In this document: positions 1 to 13,043 of the stretch, piece after piece
Layout: each line of letters begins with the position of its first letter
Position numbering within the stretch: the stretch's first letter is position 1
NCBI RefSeq assembly: GCF_009834535.1
Contig: NC_045697.1
Coordinates: forward strand, 75,704,001-75,768,000
Source: Camelus ferus
Lineage: Eukaryota
Length of the DNA stretch: 64,000 bases
Direction of reading: 5' to 3'
Notes under the pieces: generated by a model
Database searches by the model: none
What the model saw: the letters and a program-made list of their open reading frames with translations, nothing else
Told to the model about the DNA's origin: nothing
Position numbers and translations under genes: made by a program

Positions 1-409
1 GTAAAACAAAAACTGAAATTTTAAAAATAGCAATAGCAGCAAGTAAGTAGCAATAATTAATATTATTCCACTGATATTACACAAAGGTAGTGTTCTGTTC
101 ATCCTCATACCTACAAAACACACAGAAGCCCTCAGGCCCTTCGACCACTAAGCACCGAGCACTGGTGGCTATGACACATACTGTCTACTAGTAATTTCAA
201 CCCCTTCCCTCAAACAAGGAAACCAACCAGATAGCAGACCAGGACCCGTAAGAGTTCTGGGTCACTCAGGTCACCAGATCACAAGCCCTGTTTATTCCTG
301 GTTAGTGGCTATATGTTCCTTTCCCACTTCAACATTTGTAGAGTTAACCCGGGAATCAAGTGAAACCATAAACTGCCAAGTGGCCCTCGCTTCTAGAGGT
401 ATGCCAGGT

Positions 410-790
410 ATGTTTTAACTAACAATCACTCTTCTAGGAATCTGTGTAAAGGAAATAATGAGAGATGCAGGGAAATACTATACATAAAGTCAGCTATCTG
501 AAAGTTGTTTTTCGACAGTAAAATGTAAATGATCTAAAAGTCGAAGGTCTAAATAAATTACAGCATAGGATAAAATGTTCATTATGTCATAATGAAGTGA
601 AATAATCAGGGCCCCAAACTGTATATAGAATACTATTGCAGTTCTGTTAAAATGAGGGGGTGGGTGGAGGAAAAGGCCATAAAGAAATGCACCCAAATGT
701 TAACGGTGGTTATTCCTAAGCAGTGGTATCACAGGTGCTTTTAATTTTGTCCATGATGCTTTCTGCAATGATTTAAATGATCAATATCAA
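410..790 (+). mobile_element. Ancient L1 (L1ME-type) 3' UTR fragment
   Basis: Resembles L1ME 3' region (caatcactcttctaggaatc...caaatgttaacggtggttat); boundaries approximate. Confidence 0.5.
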
Positions 791-3700
791 AATCAAATTT
801 AAAATATCAAATTATTATCAATAAAAGCTTACTTTTAAAATCTCTATCCACGGTGATTTTAAGTAATTTTAAATAATATGACCTTTAATTAATCTGAAAC
901 TTCAATCATTTGGAACACTGCCCTGATGAGAGCAGGTAAACAGGATGTGGACAGAGCATGACTTTCTCTATTCCGGCTCCACGGGAGTTATAATGGCCAC
1001 TAATTCACCCCTAAATGACAGACCCCAGCAGCACAAGTATACCTCAACAGTGCTGGGGACACAACACACATTCAATAAATACTGACCACTGATCAGGTAC
1101 TTGATTAGATTTCTAACTAGGAACTCAACAAGTATTTGGTGAAATATGAAAGCACAGAAAGGCATACACACAGAAAAATTCTATCAGTTTAATACAGGAC
1201 CACTCAGAGTCTTAAATAAGTCACCACACTTCATCCTCTGGCAAAAAAAAAAAAAAAAAAAAAAGGAGGAGATAGGGCTTCTGACTGCTGTGGTTAATCT
1301 GAGCTCCCTGTATGTCCCCTCTTCTCTAAATCTGGATTGTTCCCACTGGAGATTTTTACCCACCATTGGTGATCTCTTCAACAGTCATCTTCAGATCTGG
1401 TTTCTTTCTGACCTCGCTCACCTCCACTTCAGCCAGGGAACCCACACACCTAACTTGTTCCTAGCTTGGTTCACTCAGTCTATCGATGAGCTCTCGGGTC
1501 ATCCACTCAATAGGACTGAGCTCCTGACCAAGAAAGAAGTACTGTGATTTCCTTATGATCAAGAGTTTACACCAGCTTCTGGCCTCTCCCCCTTTTCTAA
1601 TTTTCACTGTCTGTGTGATCAATGACCTGACTGCTCACTGGGCTTCTGAACCTTGGGCTTGGTTGTATTACCATCCATCTCCACGCACCTCTTGCATCTG
1701 GCCTGTCCCTATGCCTGCCCGCTACTGTTACTTTCGAAGATCAATGTGACTCTTGGTCCTGGATCTAGTAGTTCTCCCTCTTACATTTGCTGCTGGCCCT
1801 GATTCTGGCCTTTCCAACTCCCCAGTGAGGTACCCAGACTTTAATGGATGTCCTACTCCCCTTTGAAACATGTCTAAGAGTTCTACCCTGCAATGCTATA
1901 CACACAACATATGAATATAAAATAGTGTAACTCATTTAATCAGCCACAGGCAAATCAATGTTAATGCTTTATAATCTCATCTCTTACTATTAAGCAGAAG
2001 GCATTGCTTCTTCAACTCAGGCATGTGACATCTTCCCCTAGTCACCTGTCTGCTCTTCTAGTCCCTGCACCACCAGAAAGACAGGAAGAAATACATTCAT
2101 TTCAGTATTTCAATAGCTCTCATCTTCTTAGGTAAAACATCTTTTAAATGTCTGTACACATTTTCAAAGATGACTGATGAAAAGGAAAGGTTAACAGATA
2201 TTGCTTCAAAGCAAGACGCATTCAAGTAGTTTAAGTCTAGGGAGTCTCTCCCACTTCTATCACCTGTTCAAAGTGCAAGAAAAGTCAGACCCACTATAAT
2301 AAACTGGCCCAGGCAGATGGGCGGGTTACCAGAGGTGACAAATGACGTAAGCTATCATCTTTCTCCCATGTAAGTGGCTACAACTTGAAGGAAGACAAAG
2401 AAATTGACTGCATGTCAGACAGGCCTAGGAAAAAAGCAAGACTCTGAGAAGAGATTTCTAAAAAAATTCTGGAAAGGTTAGGGTTAGAAACGTAGTTTTA
2501 AAAATTGAGTTTGAGAAAATGGATGAGCTCTCCAAAGAAAGAAGACTCACCAAGAGTAAAAGCATCTGTCAAGGGAGTAGGAAGAAAACCACGATGATTA
2601 CATGCAGGCCATGGAAAGAGTAAAACGTTAAGGCCACAGAGGCTTAAAAGACGACCACGAGGGAAAAAACAAAAACAAAGAAAAACTTGGATATACAAAT
2701 CAGAATTTAAATTTTCTTTAATCAAGGAGCTTTAGTGGATGATGAAGGAAAGAGAAGGAGTGGTAAAATGGCAGAGATACAGAGTGGAGAAAAGATGTGT
2801 TGTTTTTGTTTTTGCTTTTGTTTTTAAGGAAAAGGGAGGTCTTAGCAAGTGTGTGGCAGAAGAAAATAAGTGGCAAGAATGAGAAAAGGAAGGAGGATGA
2901 AAGCCAGGAAAGGGAACCAGGAAACCAGGAGAGAAATGAAAGATGGGGAAGTCAGTCTGGAATGAAAGAGCACAGAGAAAAGGAGGAGGGTCCAGAATGA
3001 AGAGAAGAATAGTGATGACTTGGAGTTAGAAAAAGATGACATGGTTAATCCAAGATGGTCTGGTCCTCACCATCTCAATAAAGATGTCAAGTTGCCTCCT
3101 GAGGGTAAACAGAACCTGTATGGGAATGAATTGATAACAGAAAGCATCAACACAGTTAGCTGACTTTTATCTCCAGGCCAGAGAAGTTACTCGTCAGGGC
3201 AGGGCTTAGCAAAGGAAGTCAAGGGTGTGAAGGGGTCCAGATCATTCCAGTTGTATCTAAAAAACCCTCACTCAACCTGATGGAAACCTGGTTAGTTCAG
3301 CTGAGAATCAATTGCCAAGACATTAACTGTTTTAGTTCCTTAAGATGTTCATTTATCAATTCCCTAAATAAGTCTCATTGATGAAAATTATGACCCTACA
3401 TCTCTTTGGTAATGTCAATTTTAAATTTTGACTTCAAAAAAGGAAACCCTGTGTCATGTGCATACAGTAGATTTGTTCTCGATGGCAATGAGACAGAAGT
3501 GAGGGAACAGCTTGCTGGATGATTCTGCCCTGACTTTTTGATTAAAGGAAAAAAGCCAGACCCATTAAAGTCCTTTCTTTTCCCCAGAATGCCAAACTGT
3601 CTGAAATCCAGAAGTTTGCTTGCATTCCTTTTGAAATTGCACTTTAAAACTCAGGTCCCTGGGTACCTCTTCTCCTGACGCTATTTCACACTCCATCTGC

Positions 3701-6099
3701 CCCACATGCCACAAGCATTTCTTCATCACTTGAAATGGGAGTTTCTGCTTCCACATGGTGGTGGTTCCACTCCACCCTGGCTACGGAAAACATATTTACT
3801 TTCCTCAGCCTCATGCTTGTACTTCTGTCACATGAGGATTTTACTTTTTATCATACGTCAGGTGCAAAGAAGAGCCGCTATCTGTAATCTACTCACAGTT
3901 ACATCTTTAAATGGCCAGCATTGCACAGAAAAAAATTAAATTAGGTAAAAACCAAGGCATTCCAGGAATGATCTAAAACTAGCTCTGAACATTACCTGTG
4001 AGTAATCAAGAATCTGCCAGAAGCAGGAAAGGCTACTAAATAAAGGACCTGAGGCTTTCACTACAAAGCAAGTCTAGTTAGGCCATCTAGTAACACTCGT
4101 TAACCAATCCCTATGGCACCAGAAAAAAGAAACACAAGTCTGTTTTCTTCCTTTTTGAAACCACTTGGTCACAGATTCTTATAATCCACAGCTGACAGAA
4201 TGCCTCTTCTTTTAAAAAAAAGCCAACAAAACTCCCCAAAAAACAAAAAATCCCAAAGGGGATGGGGAAGGGTTAGAACGCAGGGACAGAAAAAGCACAC
4301 CATTTAGCAGACCATGTGGGACCAGCATCTTATCCCATGTGAGACACACTAACTACATGTGGCCAGCATCTTGACTAACTCCTAAGTACAATGACTCGTG
4401 GCCACTTGTTGAAGATTTTAAATCTTTAAAACCATGTGCCGTCTCTCAGTCCACAGATGTGGCCATCAGAGCCACCAGCACAAGCTGTTCAAATAGACAA
4501 GAAGCCGGGGTCAGGAGGTGGGCCTTTGAGTGTATCTTTCGATGGTTCATATTCAATTAGACCAGCTTTAACCAAAAAATGTTAACTAGATGATAAGCCA
4601 TCAGAGAAGCAAAAGGGAATTTCTCTCACAGAACAAAAAATAATGGTACTAACTTATAAGTGAATCTAATGAAGTACTTTGGGGCTAATTAACTATTCTC
4701 TAACTCAAAAGAAATTCATATATAAATATACACTAAAACACTAAGAATTCTCTTCAAACACAAGTCATCTCTTCAAAACTAGATAAACAGTTATTTATGG
4801 CTTTCTTTCTCAGAACCAAAAAGCACTGGTTGGCATCATACATGACAAATTTAACATTTTCTATTTCCAAACCAAACATCAACTGAAATACATAAAAATG
4901 TTAATTATTTTGAGCTAATTTAATTTACAAAAATCCTTAATTCATCATGTTTTCCTCCCCTCAAAAGTCTTATAAATAAAAGCTGGAGAACAGCTCCTAT
5001 CATTCAGTCAAATAACACATTTCCAGGGAACGCCTACTCATCTTTTGGAGCTTAGTCCAAATGTCACTTGCTTCTTTTCTTCCAATGCCCCTGTGACAAC
5101 CTACCTAAAACCTAAACTACCATTTCATTAACTCTGGCCTGCACTAACGCACACCTTCACACTGACCTCCCTTCCCATCTTGCTCTTTTCTATCCTGCTA
5201 GGTCATTTCTATACTTATGAGCCATGTAGTTTCAAGCTTGTCTTTGTTTTAATAAACACTGCAAGTGTAGTTACTTTGTAATCCATGTCTAGGTAATTCT
5301 AGTATGTGATGTCTCTGCAGGTCTATTCTGCTAACTGTAGTTTACTTTTATTATTTTTTTTTCTTGCTTTAGTGCTTTGTTTCCTTGTCTACTTTATCAT
5401 TTTTGACTTAAACTATTCATCAAGCTTGTATAATTATGGGAATAAGTTGCGGCCTTGGACAAAGAAATAATGCTCCAGAGAGAGTCTATATTTGCTTCTG
5501 CTGAATATTTAGAGGCATGCCCAGTTAAGAACCACCAAAAACTAATTTCATGGCTTGAGGGCTTTTTGATTATTTATTACTTTCATTTTGATAGAACCCA
5601 GGTAATAAGAGTTTGGCCCATTTGAACAGTTCTGAGCTTCTGAGCCTAAAACTCAGTGGTCTGCTCAGTCCCCTGAGGAAGGGGAGTGAGCTCACTTCAG
5701 GTTTTCCCTTAACACTTAAGGTGGGACGGAGCCTCAGCTTAATGGGAGTGTCTCCAGCTGGACTCCCCATCTAGGTCAGGATCACAGAAATTAGTACTCA
5801 AGTTTGCTAAGTCCCGCAGGACAAAAGCAACTTCAACACTCAGCTTACCTGAAGTCCTAGTCTTTACTTAATAGTTTAGCCTTATAGTTCTTACCAGTGC
5901 CACAATACTCTTAAGAAAATGTTTCCTTTCATTAGAATTTTTTGTTAATTTCTTGGGAAAATCAATCTATATAATCCCACTTACCTAATTACTAAAAATC
6001 TGAACTTCCTAGTATCTAATGTTTACTGTAACAACACTATCCTTTTAAAATCTATTCCAGTTTGTACCTTTTAAGGAACTGTCTTATCTAGTCCGTATG

Positions 6100-7040
6100 T
6101 CTTCATCCTCCTTTCACGCTTTTCCAGTCCACCCTGGCCTTCTTCCCAAACCCTCTGAGTCTTCTCACCTTAGTACCTTTGCCTGTGCTTATCCCTTTGT
6201 CCAGAATGCTATTAACTCCTTCTTTACCAAGGGAATGCCTACTTATCTTCTGGAGCTCAGCCCAAATGTCACTTGCTCCAGGAACCCATCCCTGATAATC
6301 CAGACTCTGACTAGTCAGAAAAGTGTTAGTGGAGCTCTCCACATGTTTTCTGGCAAAGCACATGCCACCTTTAATTAACTGTGTTGTTAGTGGATTACTG
6401 CCTGTCTGTCTTCTCCAGAATGTAAATTCTATGAATGAGACAGAGGGAAGCGGGTAGGGCAAAACCATTAAAAGAATGACACAGCAGTTAGCAAGAAGAT
6501 GGTAAAAGAATCAACTCCCAACAGACGTTGAGCTTCAATATATGCTCACTGAAATACAACAGCATGCTAAATGGCACTCCCACAGGCACCAGGACAGTTT
6601 TAAGGCTGACCATAAAAGGTCAAAGGGTGGGTGGTGGCCCAGTTCCTGGGAATCTCACCCCCTTCCCCAAAGTAGTTGAAATAATCCTCCCACTTGTTAG
6701 CTTATGAAGTTTCTCAGCCCATAAAATTAGCAGCACCGAGCCTCAAGCCTTGTGGCTGCTCTCTGTTCTGAGTGAGACAGCCTGCACTCTACGGAGTGTG
6801 TATCTCTCTGAACGAATCCACATTTACTCAACTGTGGCTCACTTTTCAATTCTTTCCTGCTCAAAGCCAAGGACACACACTTGGTGGGGCACATCCCAGG
6901 GACTCAACAGAGACCTGGGACATGGCCATCCTCACACCTCACATTTTTCCTGTATCATGAGGGCAATAACAATATCTGCTTGTTTCCAAGCACAGTGCCC
7001 ACCCTTGGCAATGGCATGTAGGAAGAACTCAATAAACAGC
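6100..7040 (+). mobile_element. L2 3' end, split by the LTR at 6436-6957
   Basis: L2 tail text ccagaatgtaaattctatga / gggcaat...cacagtgccc...ctcaataaa is contiguous once the LTR is removed. Confidence 0.7.
6436..6957 (+). mobile_element. Solo ERV1 LTR, MER41-like (laurasiatherian type)
   Basis: Ends TGAGAC...GTATCA; near-TSD tgaa/tgag; MER41-like motifs (aataatcctcccacttgttagc, ttctttcctgctcaaagccaagga). Confidence 0.75.
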
Positions 7041-7691
7041 TAAAAAATGGGTGAAGCATAGCAAAGTTGAAAAGTATTACACTAATTTCAATGTAACATG
7101 TTGACTTTAAAACAAGATACAGTACATATAAAATACAACACGTGATTTGATTTTCAAAAATATACATACTAGTATGTACCTAATTATGATTCAAATGTAT
7201 AGTAAGAGAAGACAATGCAACAGATTTTAAATTAGATCTTATCTGTTAATGGTTATGTAATAACTCCCTGCAATAAAATATGTGCAAAATCTAGAAGCAC
7301 AGGATAATAAATTCATGCAATTACAGTGAGACTTCTACAAGTCTTTAGAAGAAACATCAAAATTAATAAAAACAAAGTGTTTCGTGAAATTAATGGAAAA
7401 GACAGTTCCCCAGGAGTCTAACAGAAATATTTATGTGTGGCAAAGACTACAAAGACTACAGAGCCAGGAAGAGAAAGAAAAGAATTCACACAAGAAATAT
7501 TTCAGGGGCCAACACAGCAAGACTTGGATGTAAAGAGTGAGGTGAAAGAATAAAGGACTTCAAGATTCTACATCATGGGAAGAACAAATAACTAAGGAAA
7601 TTTAGGATTTGGAGATACATGAGGGGAAAGGTAAAGTTGCTTCTGCGCATTTTAAGTAATACCAAGAAATCTAAGCAGAAATGCACATTAG

Positions 7692-8252
7692 TGTGGTAGA
7701 TGGAATTCTAAGATAGCCTTCATGACCTTCACCCCACAGTGTTACTCCCATGACATGTCCTTTACAGCAAAAGGAATTTTGCAAATGCAATTAAAGTTAC
7801 TAATCAATTGACCTAAAATAGTGAAATTATCTGAATGGGCCTAACTTAATCGTTCAAGCCCTCCAAAAGCAAAGAATGTTCTCAGATGACAGCAGAAGTC
7901 AGAGATCTGAAGCATGAGAGATTTTACATGAGGGAGGTTCTACTGCTGAGATGAAAGTGCCCACAAGGAAGAACCTAAATGTGGCTTCTAGCTGCAGAGA
8001 GAAACCCGCACCAACAGCCAGTAAGGAGATGGGGACCTCAGTCCTATAACCGTAAGGAAATGAATTCTGCCGACAAGGGTCATCTTGGAAGTTGATTCTT
8101 TCCAGAGCCTTCAGATAAGAGCCCAGCCTAGCCAGAGTCCAGTCCAGCCCACCCAGACTTCTGACATAAAGAACTGTGAGGGGATAAATGGGGGATGTTT
8201 TACACCACTAAATTTATGTTAATTTGTTACACAGCAATAGAAAGCTAAGACA
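7692..8252 (+). mobile_element. Solo MaLR LTR (MLT1E-like), inserted in a minus-strand L2
   Basis: Ends TGTGGTAG...CTAAGACA; perfect 5-bp TSD ATTAG (7687-7691 / 8253-8257); MLT1 3' motif tttgttacacagcaatagaaa. Confidence 0.9.
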
Positions 8253-10801
8253 ATTAGCAACTTGGAAACACCAAGGTATAGCTTTCAGAGTCACTGCATA
8301 GAAACCAGTAGAACAGATGAGCTTTCCTGTGGAAAGTATATAAAAGAAGTGAAGAATATATGAAAAAGTATTGAAGGATGCCTCTAATTAGAGTACTATT
8401 TAAAAATGACACAAATAGTAAATGATTAAAGGTATATTCCAGCATTAAAAACATGAAAGAAATACTCTATTGACAACATGGAAATAGCCAGCCAGCAAAC
8501 ATTTATGTCCACCTGTCCCTTCACTTACCTGTTTCCACAAGGCACTCTCACTCTTGTGCTTTCTTTTTACTGAGCTGCCACTTCAATCATCTGAACCATA
8601 ATTTTGCATTTGTCTACCCAAATACAAAGATTTACTGCATAAAGGAGGAAAAATTACAAACAACTGAATTATCTCTAAAAGTTCATAGTATCTGAAAGAA
8701 TGGGCTTTAATCTTGTAGTCTTAAAACCAAATTTCCTTGAGTCATTATTACACTAATATGAACCTACTTAACTTCCTAAGTATAAACAGATGGTTTTTAC
8801 CATAATTCTTATCAATCATATCTTGCCTTGAATCTTCACGAAGTTTGTTTTTTTCTCCCTAAGCCTTGTCTTATACTGGTATTTAGTCAAATCAAAAGCT
8901 ACAAAATCATTAATTACATAAAAGCTGGCATTGAATAACATCCATTAATCAAACACAAGACAACCTCATATGTGCATAATTAATAACTGTTTTCTCACTA
9001 CATCAAAGACTATCGACTTTCCACAAAATTTTAATCACTTTCCAACATATTCCCATCAACTTAATTATATTTGAACACAAACACAAAAACTAAAAAACTA
9101 AGGCAGTTTTAAAGCCTCCCAAGTTACAATTTATTAAGATTTGGTAATTCAAAAAAATTCCAAGAAAATGAGCCACTCATGCAACTAATACACAATTCAT
9201 CACTGGAAAATCTTATGAGAACTGATGTAATTATTTAGCCTTTGAATGATTAAAAGAGAGACTTAAAGCAATATTACACTGATTTAACAAAACATGAAAG
9301 TTATCAAGGGCTTCCCAGCATATCATTCAACCACAGACAGATGGCTTCTAGGGTCCCTGTGTGACTTAATCAGCTGATCATGCAAAGAAACCAGAGTAAT
9401 GAAACATAGCAGCACAAGAAGTGCAAAGGAAAAGCTCAACTCTATTTAGTTTTGTTTCCTCAACTCATTAAAATGGAAACCGACCTAAGTTTTAAGTATT
9501 TGGCAACTAGTGGAATGATTCTATTTCTCACTCCTCACTCTATATGTGACTATTACTTTCAGAACAAGGTTATGTTCATAGCAGCTTGTACACAAACTAC
9601 ACAAATAAATTGCATGCTAGGTGAGAAGCAAAGGGTTGCCCTGCCAGCACTCCATCTCTGACACTACATATTTTTTTCTGACACTACATATTTTAATAAA
9701 TTTATAGGAAGGCAAAGCTACCCTCCATGGGGGTTCTTAGTGGAGGAGCTTTCAAAAGAATTGCCAATGTGTAGACCCCTCCTCAGACTAAATTAAAATC
9801 TGACATAATCTGAACCATGAAAGGACAGAACTATATTTGAAACTTTTTTATTTTCCTTAACATTTAATTTATGGTTTTGGTTTCAATCACCTTTTACAGT
9901 AATATAGTTCAAGGTTTACTATAATTGCTTTTATTTTTCTTAAAAATTTTTTTTAAGCTTCTAAGGCATATCTTTGGTAGAAAAGGTCCATTTACAACTT
10001 CCAGCACATCACTTTTACAGCTGTACTTTTTTTAAGACGATGCAGTTGTAGTATGTATGTATGTATGTATATAAGTATATATACACACACATATGTATAC
10101 ATATACATAAGCACACATACATATTTATTTTCAGGCCAAACAAAATATGCCACAATTTAGAACTATTTTCTAGGTATTGTACAAGAGTAAAAATGTTCTG
10201 GCTTCTTGCAACTTCTTCTTGTGGTATGGTTCGGAAGTATATTGTACCTGAGCCACACTCTGATCTTCAGAATGTCACAGTCTAGAGCGGGTCCTGCCTT
10301 GAATCCCACACCAAGGCCGTGGGGGGCTGTTAGGAGTTCTTTAACATCTCTCCAAACCAGTCATAAAAGCCTTTTCTGTTCACCGACTCATAAGATTTTC
10401 CTGAATTTTAGCTCAGAAAGCCTGTGCAATTTCTCCAGAATTATTTGCGTTACACGAGAAGCCAACAAGTCCCTCAAGCTCCACTGTTAACAGCAGTATT
10501 TCTTTATCCATCAATTTATCATTTAATTAAATGACACCAAACTTTACGCCCCCTTCAGAAACAAGAGAATGTTTCGATTTTTTTTTTTTAAGTTTCTTTT
10601 CCCTTCTTGTGCCTTCCATTACAAAATGAGCCACACCAAATGAGGACACAGGGTGAGGGTCAGCGTTATTCTTGAATGTAGAGTCAAACTGCAAAGTATC
10701 ATGAAAAAAAGATGAGAGCTCTCAGATTAGAAGTTATTAGACTCAATTTTCAGTTAACACCTGTCAGTAGAAGGGAACTGATAAAATATAAATGAAAAAC
10801 A

Positions 10802-11101
10802 AAGCCAGCCCTCCAGAGTCATGATTTCCACATCAAAGGATTCAATCAACCTCTGATTGAAAGCATTTGGGGGTGGAGTGTTTAGGGAGAGAATTTCAGA
10901 AAGTTCCAAAAAATAAAACTTGAATTTGCCAGGAACAGGGAACTATTTACACAGCATTTACAATGGATTTGCAACTATCTACATAGCATTTACATTGTAT
11001 TAGGTATTATAAGTAATCTAGAGGTAATATAAAGTACAAGGGAGAATGTGTGTAGGTGATATGCAAATACTGCACCATTTTCTACAGGGGACTTGAGCAT
11101 C
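10802..11101 (-). mobile_element. MER2/MER2B non-autonomous Tigger-family DNA transposon, truncated
   Basis: Diagnostic catagcatttacattgtattaggtattataagtaatctagag...ggggacttgagcatc. Confidence 0.8.
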
Positions 11102-11103
11102 TG

Positions 11104-12888
11104 AAGATATTTCAAGCTTTTTCATTACTATTTTATTTCAAACATTTATATTTTAAACCTTTTTATTATTATTATATTTGTTATGGTGATCTATGATCTT
11201 GTTGTTACTCTTGTAATTGTTTTGGGGAGGCCACAAATCATACCAATATAAGATGGCGAACTTAGTAAGTGTGTGTGTTCACCACCAACCAGCCATTCCC
11301 CTCTTCTCTCTCTCTCTCCTCAGGCCCCCATATTCCCTGAGATGCAACAATATTGAAATCAGGCCAACGAATAACCCTACAATAGTCTCTAAGATTTCAA
11401 GTCAAGAGAAGAATTGCACGTCTCCCACTTGAAATCAAAAGCTAGAAATGATTAAGCTTAATGTGAAGGCATGTTAGTGACTGAGACAAGCCAAAAGCTA
11501 GGCCTCTTGCCCCAAACAGCCAAGTTGCAAAGTCAATGCCTGGCTTCAAAGTTCCAAACGACAGGCTCACTCTCTTGTTAGAGGCTATTGCCAGCTGGTG
11601 ACTGGAAGTTGAAGCCAATGCTCATTTACAGTTCTGAAATTCCTAGGGTCTTTAAGAATGATGCTCAGTCTACTCTGCCTGTCCTCCATAAATGGAACAA
11701 CAAAGCCTAGGTGACAGCACATCTGTTTACAACAAGGTTTACTGAATATTTAAGCCCACTGTTGAGAACTTCTGCTCGGAAAAAAAGATTCCATTCAAAA
11801 TATGACTGCTCATGGACAATGCACCTGGTCACCCAAGCTCTGATGGAGATGTACAAGGAGATTAATACTGTTTTCATGCCTGCTAACACAACATCCATTC
11901 TGCAGCCCATGGATCAAGGAGTAATTTTGACTTTAAAGTCTTATTATCTAAGAAATACACTTCAAAGGCTATAGCTGCCATAGACAGTGATTCCTCTGAT
12001 GATTCTAGGTAAAGTCAATTGAAAGTCTTTTTGAAAGGATTCATCATTCTAGATGAAGTTAAGAACATTCATGATTCTTGGGAAAAGGTCAAAATATCCA
12101 CACTAATAGGAATTTGGAAGAAGTTGATTCCAACCCTCAAGGATGACTTGAGTGGTTCAAGACTTCAATGGAGGAAATAACTGCAGATGTGGTGGAAATA
12201 GCAAAAGAACTAGAATTTGAAGTGGAGCCTAAAGATGTGACTGAATTGCTGCATCTCATGATGGATCTTAAATGGATGAAGAGCTGATTCTAATGGGTGA
12301 GCAAAGAAAGTGGTTTCTTCAGATGGATTCTACTCCTGGTGAAGATGCTGTGAAGATCGTTGAAATGACAACAAAGGATTTAGAATAGTACATAAACTTT
12401 AGTTGATAAAGCAGTGGCAGTTTGACTCCCAATTTTGAAAGAAGTTCTATTGTGGGTAAAATGCTATCAAACAGCAGAAGTGCTACAGAGAGATAGGTCA
12501 TGAAAGGAAGATTCCATCAGTGTAGCAAACTTCACTGCTGTCTTATTTTAAGAAATTACCACAGCCCAACCTTCAGCAACCACCACCTTCATCAGTCAGC
12601 AGCCATTAATATCAAGGCAAGACCCTCCATCAGCAAAAACATTACATACAACTCACTGGAGGCTTAGATGATGGCTAGCATTTTTTAGTAATAAAGCAAT
12701 TTTTAATTAAGGTATGTACATTGCTTTTTTAGAAATACTGCTATTGCACACTTAGACTAAAGTATAATGTAAACACAGCTTCTATATGCACTAGGAAACC
12801 AAAAACTTTGTGTGACTCACTTGTTGAGATAATCATTCTAATTACAGTGGTCTGGAACTGAGCCTAAGGTATCTCTGAGGTATGCCTG
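11104..12888 (+). mobile_element. Tigger1 DNA transposon fossil (5'-truncated, internally deleted, transposase pseudogene)
   Basis: ORF 11711-11974 carries the pogo/Tigger motif FMPANTTSILQPMDQGVI; 3' terminal inverted repeat ...atctctgaggtatgcctg followed by TA; stops and frameshifts present. Confidence 0.93.
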
Positions 12889-13043
12889 TATTGATATTAT
12901 CTGCAGATAAAAATTAATACAATTTTGTCAAATGTAGATAGATACATGCTCAGTACTACCAATAATTTGTACTAAAAGGTTATTCATTTTTTGCTCCTTC
13001 TAAGATCTTTGAAGAAAGAAGAAAGGAGTCTTCACCACTCTGA

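Noticed and set aside
11711..11974. Transposase ORF as a possible domesticated TIGD-like gene
   Set aside because: Only 87 aa, frameshifted mid-ORF, flanked by stops, with the N-terminal part deleted; an ordinary Tigger1 fossil.
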